Assembly: GCA_017397175.1 (NCBI GenBank)
Contig: JAFQKA010000001.1
Coordinates: 8,266 to 72,265, forward strand
Length of the DNA: 64,000 nt
Origin: Clostridia bacterium
GTDB lineage: Bacteria > Bacillota > Clostridia > Oscillospirales > CAG-272
Direction of reading: 5' to 3'
Shown here: positions 37,490 to 45,575 of the stretch, piece after piece
Position numbering within the stretch: the first letter of the stretch is position 1
How the letters are laid out: the number at the start of each line of letters is the position of its first letter
The notes under the pieces: model-generated
Told to the model about the DNA's origin: nothing
Seen by the model: the letters and a program-made list of their open reading frames with translations, nothing else
Databases searched by the model: none
Position numbers and translations under genes: made by a program

Positions 37490-39028
37490 ATGACAAAAAG
37501 GATCTTTGCGCTTATGCTGACTGCATTCATGCTTTTCAGCACCGTTGCCTGCGGCAAAAAAGCGGTCGATCGTGAAAACAGCGGTTTGGAGCCGGATATG
37601 GGCATCACAGAGCCGGACAGTGTTGACACGGGCACAGCCCAGACCACGAACAGTGCTCTTGCCGATTTTATCGACAACTTTGTGCCTGTCACGGAGGACG
37701 AAAGCTCTTGGAATCCCGAGGATCCTCCCGATTTTGGCGGTCACGAGTTCAAGTTTCTCAATTCCTCTCCGATCCACTCAATGTACGTCTACCTTGCTCC
37801 CGATGCCACGGGCGACTTTATGGACGAGAGTTGCGTTCTTCGTAATGTTATCGCACAGGAGAAGTTCAATATCCGGATAATCGAGGAAACACAGCCCTTT
37901 GAGGAACTGGCATCATACGCTCAGACGCTTATTCAGTCGGGCGATCAGGTCTACGACGCCATGTATATCGGCTGCACCGACCTGACCCCTCTCATTTCCG
38001 AAAATTTGTTCGTTGACCTGCTTGAAGTCCCGCTTTTGAACATTGACAAGGTCTGGTGGGATCAGCAGTTCATTCAAAGAAACATCGTGGAGGATCAACT
38101 TTTTTACACCACCTCCGACCTTAACCTTATGGCGTTTGACAGCGTTTGGGCGATGTATTTCAATGAAGATATGATGCAGGATCTGGGTCTCGAATTCCCC
38201 TACGAGCTGGTCTTGGACGGTAAGTGGACCATGGAGGAGCTTAACAAGTATGCAAAGGCTGCCGCAGACCTTAACGGCGACAGCTCCTTTGAATACGATG
38301 CAAGCGGCTTGGCCACCTACGGAGAGGTTTCCGTGGCGGGTATTGAGAATCAGCGCCTATACAGCTTAGGCGCCGAGTACGTAGAAAGAAACTATATGGG
38401 CAGATATGAGTTTACTGCTCATGAAAATGAAAACTTTTGGGATGCCTGGGTGGCACTTTCCACCTACTTTGGCACCATCGACGGCAGATTCCTTTACGGC
38501 GGGGAAGATGACTTTTTAGAGATATTTGCGAACAGGCGCGCGCTGTTTCTTTCCGCCGAGCTGAAATATGCCCCGATCATTTGCGATACTAAGAACGCTT
38601 TCGGTCTGCTTCCTCAGCCAAAGTATGACGAGGAACAGGACAGCTACGAGTCAAGCGTCGGCGGCAATGTTCTTTCATTTTGCATTCCCGCGACCAACAA
38701 GGAGCTTGCCAGAACGGGACTTATAGTTGATTATCTTACATATGAGAGCTACCGTTCGATACTTCCCAGGTACTATGACACTCATACAGGATACAAAGCA
38801 TTGACGAGGGACGAGTCCTGCCAGTGCCTTGAAATTATTCGCAATACCAAGGGCTTGGAGGTATCCGTGCCCTTTGGCTGGACAAGAGAGCTTTCCGACG
38901 AGCTTTGCTCTCTGGCAAGGGAAGGCAGAACCGAGATCGCTTCTACGATCGAAACGTATCAGGACGCTTGCATCGCGGCTATTGATAAGACGTATGCAGA
39001 GTATCCCACACACGGCAAACAGGGCTGA
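37490..39028 (+). CDS. Lipoprotein, extracellular solute-binding-protein-like (paralog 1)
   Basis: 512 aa with a signal peptide and lipobox (LFSTVAC-G). The size and layout resemble large family-1 SBPs. By eye it is roughly two-thirds identical to the next gene. Confidence 0.6.
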   Translation: MTKRIFALMLTAFMLFSTVACGKKAVDRENSGLEPDMGITEPDSVDTGTAQTTNSALADFIDNFVPVTEDESSWNPEDPPDFGGHEFKFLNSSPIHSMYVYLAPDATGDFMDESCVLRNVIAQEKFNIRIIEETQPFEELASYAQTLIQSGDQVYDAMYIGCTDLTPLISENLFVDLLEVPLLNIDKVWWDQQFIQRNIVEDQLFYTTSDLNLMAFDSVWAMYFNEDMMQDLGLEFPYELVLDGKWTMEELNKYAKAAADLNGDSSFEYDASGLATYGEVSVAGIENQRLYSLGAEYVERNYMGRYEFTAHENENFWDAWVALSTYFGTIDGRFLYGGEDDFLEIFANRRALFLSAELKYAPIICDTKNAFGLLPQPKYDEEQDSYESSVGGNVLSFCIPATNKELARTGLIVDYLTYESYRSILPRYYDTHTGYKALTRDESCQCLEIIRNTKGLEVSVPFGWTRELSDELCSLAREGRTEIASTIETYQDACIAAIDKTYAEYPTHGKQG

Positions 39029-39046
39029 TAACGATCCCTGAATAGT

Positions 39047-39073
39047 AAACCCGCCCGTAAATGGGCGGGTTTT
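39047..39073 (+). terminator. Intrinsic terminator after lipoprotein paralog 1
   Basis: AAACCCGCCC (39047-56) / GGGCGGGTTT (39063-72) with loop GTAAAT, followed by a T-run. Confidence 0.85.
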
Positions 39074-39219
39074 GGTCATTTTGGGCAAAAAAAAGAGAAA
39101 AAATAGTTTCATGTGCAACGAATAATTGTCGTTCTGCACAAATAGAGCTTGACGGATTTGTGTGAAAATACTGAAATTCGGAATATGGTTCTCTTGGTCA
39201 CAATTTGTTAACAAAGAGG

Positions 39220-39228
39220 TGGTATAAT
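39220..39228 (+). promoter_or_regulatory. Extended -10 promoter element for lipoprotein paralog 2
   Basis: TGgTATAAT is present and the -35 is poor. This implies an ~83-nt leader before ATG 39318. Confidence 0.4.
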
Positions 39229-39317
39229 TCTCCTACGAGAAACGATGCAGTGGGCGAACTGTCGCTATTTTGCGGTCGTTTCACTGCTAAACCCTAATAA
39301 AAAAGGAGAAAACTATT

Positions 39318-40841
39318 ATGGCAAAGAAACTTTTGGCTCTGTTGCTGGCTGCTCTTATGCTTGTTTCCATTGTTGCCTGCGGCGGCAACGGTGACAAGGA
39401 TGACAACAAGGGCAACGATGCGACCGACAATGGCGAGACCACAAGAGACGTGGTTGCCGACTTCCTCGAGACTTACGATCCCGGGGCAACTGCTGAAACC
39501 CGTCCGCCCGAACAGGAACTGGAATATGATTTCGGCGGTCACGAGTTCAAGTTCCTCAACTCTGCGCCCATCTATTCAATGTATATCTACCTTGCGCCCG
39601 ACGCAACGGGAGACGTACTTGACGAGGCTTGCGTTCTTCGTAACGTCATGGCTCAGGAGAAGTTCAATATCACTATCACCGAGGAAACTCAGCCCTACCA
39701 GGAGATCGCTGCATACGCTCAGACTCTTATCCAGTCCGGAGAAGACGTTTATGACGCTATGTATATCGGCTGTCAGGAGCTGACTCCTCTCGTATCCGAG
39801 AGCATGTTCGTGGACCTTCTTGAGGTTCCCGAACTGAATATCTACAAGATCTGGTGGGACCAGCCTCTCGTTCAGAGAAACATCGTTGCTGACAGACTTT
39901 TCTATGCAACCTCTGACCTTAGCCTTATGGCGTTCGAGGGTGTATGGGCTATGTACTTCAGCGAAGGCATGATGAACGAGCTCGGCCTTGAATTCCCCTA
40001 CCAGCTGGTTATGGAAGACAAGTGGACACAGGAGAGACTCAACGAGTACACAAAGGAAGCTGCTAACCTTAACGGCGACCAGTCCTTTACATATGACGTA
40101 AACGGAGCTGCTACCTACGGTGAGGTTACAATGGCGGGCGTTGAGAGATATCGTCTCTATGCGTTCAACACCGAGTACGTTGAAAGAGATGCAACAGGCA
40201 GATACCAGTTCACAGCTCACACAGACGATAGATTCAAGACATCTTGGGAGACTATCATCAGTTACTTCGGCGCCGGCGACGGTAGATTCATGTACGGTAA
40301 CTCCACTGACCTGGCAGAGGACGGTTACTTCCAGGTATTCATTGACGACCGTGCACTCTTCCTCTCTGCTGAGCTTAAGGGTTGTACCATGCTCCGTGAG
40401 TGGGAAGGTACATTCGGTCTGATTCCTCAGCCTAAGTTCAATGAGGAGCAGGAAAGCTATGAGTCTACGGTATTCTCTAACGTTCTTTCCTTCTGTATCC
40501 CCACAACGAATCAGGAGCTTTCAAGAACAGGTATCATCGTTGACTACCTTACATACGAGAGCTATGTAAATCTTCTTCCCAGATACTACGATATTCACGT
40601 AGGTCTGAAGGCTCTTTCCCGTGACGAATCCAAGCAGTCTCTTGAGATCATTCGTAACACAAGAGGTATCGAGATCGCAATTCCCTTCAAGTGGACATCC
40701 GACCTCTCTACTGCACTTTGCAGCCTTGCAAAGAAGGGTAGCATGGAGATCGCTTCTACCATCGAAACATATCAGGAAGCTTGTATCGCCGCTATCGACA
40801 AGACATACGAGGAGTATCCTTCACACGGAAAAAAGGGCTGA
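39318..40841 (+). CDS. Lipoprotein, extracellular solute-binding-protein-like (paralog 2)
   Basis: 507 aa with a signal peptide and lipobox (LVSIVAC-G) and a strong SD (AAAGGAG). Synonymous codon choice visibly differs from paralog 1, with more GGT/GCT/ACA/AGA/TCT. Confidence 0.6.
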   Translation: MAKKLLALLLAALMLVSIVACGGNGDKDDNKGNDATDNGETTRDVVADFLETYDPGATAETRPPEQELEYDFGGHEFKFLNSAPIYSMYIYLAPDATGDVLDEACVLRNVMAQEKFNITITEETQPYQEIAAYAQTLIQSGEDVYDAMYIGCQELTPLVSESMFVDLLEVPELNIYKIWWDQPLVQRNIVADRLFYATSDLSLMAFEGVWAMYFSEGMMNELGLEFPYQLVMEDKWTQERLNEYTKEAANLNGDQSFTYDVNGAATYGEVTMAGVERYRLYAFNTEYVERDATGRYQFTAHTDDRFKTSWETIISYFGAGDGRFMYGNSTDLAEDGYFQVFIDDRALFLSAELKGCTMLREWEGTFGLIPQPKFNEEQESYESTVFSNVLSFCIPTTNQELSRTGIIVDYLTYESYVNLLPRYYDIHVGLKALSRDESKQSLEIIRNTRGIEIAIPFKWTSDLSTALCSLAKKGSMEIASTIETYQEACIAAIDKTYEEYPSHGKKG

Positions 40842-40860
40842 TAATAAAGCCTGAATAATA

Positions 40861-40889
40861 AGACCCGCCCGTTATACGGGCGGGTCTTT
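40861..40889 (+). terminator. Intrinsic terminator after lipoprotein paralog 2
   Basis: AGACCCGCCC / GGGCGGGTCT stem with loop GTTATAC, followed by TTT. Confidence 0.85.
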
Positions 40890-40899
40890 GTCTTGTCTT

Positions 40900-41320
40900 G
40901 CGTAAGGCTCCCTCCGGGAGGGAGCGAAGCGGCGCGAGGGGGTTGAATGACACCATAGTATGGTGTCAGATCCCGAGCGTGACCGACCCGCAGGGAGACG
41001 CTGTCACCGTAGGTGACTGAGGGAGGACGCGTTTACATGAAGTTTATTAAAACCTTACGTAACGCATTCTCCTTCCGTCTTTTGCTACGCAAAATCCACC
41101 TCCCTCCCGGAGGGAGGCTAACAGACGACCGATGGTCGTCCCCTACAAGAGAGCGTTCGATCTGTGCGTACCCGGTAGGGGAGGATATCATCCTCCCGCT
41201 CATTCGCGAATGATTTTTTGCGGCGGGAGAGGTTAAAACCCCCGTTCTACGGAGTGATCCGTTTGTTTGATCTAAACCCGGTAGGTGTCGACGTCCTCGG
41301 TGACCCGTTTGTACGGGGAA
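40900..41320. repeat. Mosaic of GC-rich palindromic/hairpin repeat units in a 487-bp intergenic region
   Basis: Hairpins lie at 40907-25, 40948-68, 41003-17, 41099-117, 41124-40 (followed by CCCTAC) and 41178-96 (preceded by GTAGGG, so inverted orientation). The 10-mer ACCCGGTAGG is repeated at 41170-79 and 41276-85. Confidence 0.7.
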
Positions 41321-41328
41321 AAAGCGAT

Positions 41329-42453
41329 TTAAAAAACCAATTCCTTGACCGCCCGATAAAGCGCGTCAGTGTCACTTTCACGATTGAAAATTCCAAAGCT
41401 CACTCTTACTGCGCCATCTTCGGGGGTTCCGAGCACATTGTGACCCGAGGGACAGCAATGAAATCCGCTTCGCGTGCAGATCCCGCAGCTGTCAAGATGG
41501 GCTGCAACCGTGTCCGAGGGAATACCGCTTACAGTGAAAAGCAGGGTCGAGCCTTGATGTTTTGGGGCATAGATCTTGACCCCATTGATAGAAGAAAGTC
41601 TGTCAAGTGAGAGAACAAAAAGGTTTGCCAAATGCTTTTTTATTTCGTCTGTTCCAACGGAACGGACGAATTTTATCCCTTCGCCGAGAGCTGCTATGGC
41701 AGGGGTGGGAAGAGTTCCCGCTTCAAGTCGTTCGGGGAGCTGGTCGGGCATTTGCCATTCAAGCGAATTGACACCGCTGCCGCCTTCAATGACCGTTTCG
41801 GGCAAAGACAGTCCCTCACGCAGGACGAGAAGACCGCAGCCTTGAATACCCATCAATCCTTTGTGGGCGGGGGCACAAAGCACATCGATCCCCATTTTTT
41901 CCATGTGGATCTCTTCATGTCCTGCCGACTGCGCCGCGTCAAGAATGAAGATCATTTTATGCTTTCGGCAAAGCTCGCCGATCTTTTCGACGGGCAGGGT
42001 CAGAGAGCAGACGTTTGACGTGTGATTTACTATGACCGCCCGTGTGTTTTTTCGGATCAGTTTTTCTATCTGTCCCACAGTATCGGGCGCCAGGGCATCG
42101 AATATACTGAATTTAATAAGCCCGCAATCCGCCATGGCGCGAATAGGGCGATAGACAGAATTGTGCTCGAAATTGCTGATTATCACGTGGTCGCCCGGGT
42201 GAAGAAAGCCTTTTATTGCGAGGTTCAGCGCGTAGGTGTCATTGAGCGTAAAGACTACGTTTTCCGAATTTTCACACCCGAAAAAGTCGGACACCTGTTC
42301 CCGAACCTCAAAGATCTTTTCACCTGCCGCATTTGACAGGCGGTGAGAACCTCTGCCGGGATTTCCGCAGTAGGAAGACAGGCATTTTTGTACCTCCCGC
42401 AACACCTGCGGAGGCTTTGGAAAAGTGGTGGCGGCGTTGTCGAGATAGATCAT
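41329..42453 (-). CDS. Class V aminotransferase-fold PLP enzyme (cysteine desulfurase / selenocysteine lyase-like)
   Basis: 374 aa. IYLDNAATT is at the N-terminus, the PLP-Lys context is CAPAHKGL, and a Cys-containing C-terminal loop is present (TRSGFHCCPSG). Confidence 0.8.
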   Translation of the reverse strand: MIYLDNAATTFPKPPQVLREVQKCLSSYCGNPGRGSHRLSNAAGEKIFEVREQVSDFFGCENSENVVFTLNDTYALNLAIKGFLHPGDHVIISNFEHNSVYRPIRAMADCGLIKFSIFDALAPDTVGQIEKLIRKNTRAVIVNHTSNVCSLTLPVEKIGELCRKHKMIFILDAAQSAGHEEIHMEKMGIDVLCAPAHKGLMGIQGCGLLVLREGLSLPETVIEGGSGVNSLEWQMPDQLPERLEAGTLPTPAIAALGEGIKFVRSVGTDEIKKHLANLFVLSLDRLSSINGVKIYAPKHQGSTLLFTVSGIPSDTVAAHLDSCGICTRSGFHCCPSGHNVLGTPEDGAVRVSFGIFNRESDTDALYRAVKELVF

Positions 42454-42689
42454 AGCGACCTGTCACCGCCGGAATATTCTCGCACCGCAACCTTGTTTTG
42501 TTCAAGGATCGTCTTTACCTGCGAAAGCATACTGCAGGGAAATTCCACCCCGTAGCCGCAACCGCGCTTGCCGTCCTGCACGGTGGTGGCTACCACCGTG
42601 CAGGGAATTGAAGCGCGGGTCAGTATATGCTGAGCCTTGATGGCCCGGGTCTGAGAGCCCAGCGAGGCAGTGCAATTCTGATAATACAT
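42450..42689 (-). CDS. DUF3343-like small protein (putative S/Se carrier)
   Basis: 79 aa with the pattern RAIKAQHILTRASIPCTVV...GCGYGVEF. It overlaps the downstream desulfurase-like gene by 4 nt. Confidence 0.6.
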   Translation of the reverse strand: MYYQNCTASLGSQTRAIKAQHILTRASIPCTVVATTVQDGKRGCGYGVEFPCSMLSQVKTILEQNKVAVREYSGGDRSL

Positions 42690-42755
42690 ATTGTCTCCGT
42701 TCTGCCGTTGGGCGGTAGTTTTGTGACCGCTTTTGGCGGCATTGAGAAAAAGATT

Positions 42756-42781
42756 CAGAGGAGCGGTTTGGCACTCCTCTG
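42756..42781 (-). terminator. Probable terminator after the pseudouridine synthase gene
   Basis: Stem CAGAGGAG / CTCCTCTG (8 bp, 10-nt loop). On the minus strand it is followed by AATCTTTTT. Confidence 0.5.
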
Positions 42782-42809
42782 ATAATTATTTTATGCTTTT
42801 TTCCTTGTT

Positions 42810-43514
42810 TTAGTTAAAGACGTTTTCTATTGTATCCCTTTCAAAAAGGCACCAGGGAAATTCCGTCCTGTCGGGAAGCGCGGTCAGATCAAATGCGGCG
42901 TTTTTCCCTGCCTTTACCGACAGGTGTGCGGCGCAAAGGGCAATGTTATTTGAAGTTTCTCGGCAAAATCTTCCGCCGTATTTTCCGTCACCTGCAAGCG
43001 GCAGGGCGCGGGAAGAAAATTGCGCCCTTATCTGATGTGTGCGCCCCGTATGAAGTTTTATTCTGACCAGCGTAAGCGCCTGTCCCTCATGCTCTTTCTC
43101 GGCTATAACTTTGTATTCAAGGGACGCTTCCTTTGCTCCCGCTCTCTTCCTGTCCACCACGAAGGTCTTACCCGCGCGTGAATCCCGAAAAAGCAGATCT
43201 GTCAGAGTGTCCGATCCCTTTTCGGGCCGTCCGCAGAGGACTGCCAGGTATTCCTTTTCCGTGACTGTCTTATCGGAAAGCGCTCCCGACAGCTTACCCG
43301 TGAAATCCTCGCGCTTTGAAAAGACCATAATTCCCGAAACGTTTCGGTCAAGGCGGTGGACTATTCCGATATAGTCAGGCTCTCCCTTTTGGTGGCGGTA
43401 TTGGGACAGGATCTTGACCATGTTTTCGCTATCCTTGCCGTCGTCCTGGGAAAGTACACCCGAGGGCTTGACACAAACGATCAAATATTTATTTTCAAAC
43501 AGTATCCGAACCAT
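42810..43514 (-). CDS. RluA-family pseudouridine synthase
   Basis: 234 aa with the catalytic motif HRLDRNVSG and the downstream HQIRAQ motif. Confidence 0.85.
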   Translation of the reverse strand: MVRILFENKYLIVCVKPSGVLSQDDGKDSENMVKILSQYRHQKGEPDYIGIVHRLDRNVSGIMVFSKREDFTGKLSGALSDKTVTEKEYLAVLCGRPEKGSDTLTDLLFRDSRAGKTFVVDRKRAGAKEASLEYKVIAEKEHEGQALTLVRIKLHTGRTHQIRAQFSSRALPLAGDGKYGGRFCRETSNNIALCAAHLSVKAGKNAAFDLTALPDRTEFPWCLFERDTIENVFN

Positions 43515-43681
43515 ATTATTCTCCGCAGGACGTAATCTTTGACAATATTATACATCTTTTTTTGTGAAAAGTCATGATTTTGAAAAAAATATTTGCAAAT
43601 TTAAGTAAAAACTTGACTTTTGGAGTGTAATATATTAAAATTATGGTAGAATTTCCCGCGCGGCGGGTTTTGGAGGATAAC

Positions 43682-44458
43682 ATGAAAGAATTAGGATTAC
43701 AGCTTTACTCCATTCGCTCAAAAATGGAGACGGAAGAGGATTTCCGCGTTGCAATGAAGACTATTGCCGACATGGGCTACAAGGATCTGCACACGGCAGG
43801 TATGCCCACCTTTGATAATAAAACGTTCATTGACGTTATCAAGGAAAACGGCATGAGAGTCTGCGGTACTCACTATAATTGGGATAAGATCCAGAATGAG
43901 GTACAGGAAACTATCGACCTGCACCGTCTGTGGGAGACCACAAACATAGGTATCGGCGGTTACTTCGCAGGGCTTGAATATGATATTGTAAAGGCATTCA
44001 TCAAGAAGTTCAACGAGATGGCGAAGATTTACGCAAAGGAAGGCTTCAAGCTCACGTACCACAACCATGCGTTTGAGTTCAAGCGCATTGAGGGACACGG
44101 TAAGCTCACAATGTGGGATATGCTGGTTGAAGAACTTGATCCCGAAAACACATCCTTCGTTCTCGACACCTGCTGGGTACAGGCAGGCTGCGGCGACGTT
44201 CGTCATTGGATCGAGAAGCTGGCAGGCAGAATCGACATTCTGCACCTCAAGGACTGCTACCCTGTAACCGAGCCTACCTCAAAGAAGATCCTTACCACCA
44301 TGACCGAGGTCGGTAACGGTGGAATTTACTGGGACGGCGTAATCGAGACTGCACGCAAGGCAGGCGTTAAGACCTACGTTGTTGAGCAGGACACGTGCCC
44401 CGGCGATCCTTTCGATTCGGTAAAGATCAGCGCAGATTACTTGAAGAAATATCTTTGA
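43682..44458 (+). CDS. Sugar phosphate isomerase/epimerase (xylose isomerase-like TIM barrel)
   Basis: I moved the start to ATG 43682 (SD GGAGGA). 258 aa with a layout typical of the AP_endonuc_2 TIM-barrel family. Confidence 0.7.
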   Translation: MKELGLQLYSIRSKMETEEDFRVAMKTIADMGYKDLHTAGMPTFDNKTFIDVIKENGMRVCGTHYNWDKIQNEVQETIDLHRLWETTNIGIGGYFAGLEYDIVKAFIKKFNEMAKIYAKEGFKLTYHNHAFEFKRIEGHGKLTMWDMLVEELDPENTSFVLDTCWVQAGCGDVRHWIEKLAGRIDILHLKDCYPVTEPTSKKILTTMTEVGNGGIYWDGVIETARKAGVKTYVVEQDTCPGDPFDSVKISADYLKKYL

Positions 44459-44462
44459 TAAT

Positions 44463-44497
44463 AAAAAAAGACGATGGCTCAGCCATCGTCTTTTTTT
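44463..44497. terminator. Bidirectional intrinsic terminator
   Basis: AAGACGATGGC-TCA-GCCATCGTCTT, flanked by an A-run and a T-run, between convergent genes. Confidence 0.85.
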
Positions 44498-45488
44498 ATT
44501 CGTGCTTCAATTCCCGTCCCATAAGCATGGGAAGGGCCTGTGAAACGGGAAGTTCGCCTGTGACCACGCTGTAAACAGCCTCGCAGATGGGAAGCTCAAC
44601 GCCCACCGATCGGGAAAGATCAATGGCGGCGGGCAGGGCGTTAAGTCCTTCGACCACCATTCCCACCTCGTTTATAGCATCTTTGGCGCTGTAACCTCGT
44701 CCGATGAGGAATCCTGCGCGGTTGTTTCGGCTGTGCTGGCTGGTGCAGGTGACGACCAAGTCTCCGATACCTGCGAGACCGCTGAAGGTCTCAAATTTAC
44801 AGCCCATTTTCAAGCCGAGACGGGTGATCTCAGCAATTCCACGGGTGACGATGGCTGCCTTTGCGTTGTCTCCGTAGCCAAGACCGTTTGAAATACCGGC
44901 GGCCAATGCGATAATGTTCTTCAATGCGCCCGAAAGCTCGATTCCCTTGATATCATCGTTGGTGTAAACGCGGATAAAGTCGTTTGAGAAGACCTGCTGA
45001 ACAAAAGCGGCAGCTTCCTCGTCCGCGCTGGCGGCAACGATGGTGGTCGGCAGCTTCAGCGCCACTTCTTCTGCGTGAGTGGGACCGGAGAGAGCGACAA
45101 GGCGGCACCGTCCCGCACCAACCTCGCGGTCAATGACCTCGGTGAGGGTCATGTGAGTTCCTTCTTCAAGTCCTTTTGCCACGTCCGCAATTATCGCACC
45201 GTCGGAAATATACGCCCCGGCTTTTTTTGCGGTTTCGGCAACGAATACCGAGGGAACGGCAAAGACAAGAAGATCGGCTCCCGTGCAGGCAGTACCCATA
45301 TCAAGTGTAAACTTAACTTGAGGCGGGATCCTCATTCCGGGAAGATTTTTATGAGATCTTATTCCCGATAGCAAGTGAATTTCTTCGGCGATGGCAGACC
45401 AAACGGTCACGTTGTGGCCGTTTGAAGCAAGTGCAGCCGCTAAGGCTATGCCCCATGTTCCCGCGCCGAGAACAGATACGTTTGACAT
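44496..45488 (-). CDS. gpsA: NAD(P)H-dependent glycerol-3-phosphate dehydrogenase
   Basis: I moved the start to ATG 45488 (MSNVSVLGAGTWG, SD GGAAGGA). The C-terminal GpsA pattern is present (NRNRRAG..G). Confidence 0.9.
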   Translation of the reverse strand: MSNVSVLGAGTWGIALAAALASNGHNVTVWSAIAEEIHLLSGIRSHKNLPGMRIPPQVKFTLDMGTACTGADLLVFAVPSVFVAETAKKAGAYISDGAIIADVAKGLEEGTHMTLTEVIDREVGAGRCRLVALSGPTHAEEVALKLPTTIVAASADEEAAAFVQQVFSNDFIRVYTNDDIKGIELSGALKNIIALAAGISNGLGYGDNAKAAIVTRGIAEITRLGLKMGCKFETFSGLAGIGDLVVTCTSQHSRNNRAGFLIGRGYSAKDAINEVGMVVEGLNALPAAIDLSRSVGVELPICEAVYSVVTGELPVSQALPMLMGRELKHE

Positions 45489-45575
45489 TGCAGTCCTTCC
45501 TGCCGCAAGTGCGGCATCTTTAAATATACCCGTATATTTTACCACAAAAAGCTCTTTTAGTCAAGGGAAAGAGGC

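Noticed and set aside
36818-37777. A 319-aa minus-strand ORF spanning the junction between rsgA and the first lipoprotein gene.
   Set aside because: It is antisense to two well-supported plus-strand genes and shows no SD or recognisable domains.
40900-41320. A cluster of short palindromes could suggest a CRISPR array.
   Set aside because: The repeat units differ in sequence, occur in both orientations, and have irregular spacing. There is no direct-repeat/spacer periodicity, and no cas genes lie nearby.
41013-41610. ORF-track entries of 66 aa and 130 aa on the plus strand.
   Set aside because: The first lies wholly within the palindromic repeat mosaic. The second begins in the repeats and continues antisense to the class V aminotransferase gene. 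Neither has an SD.
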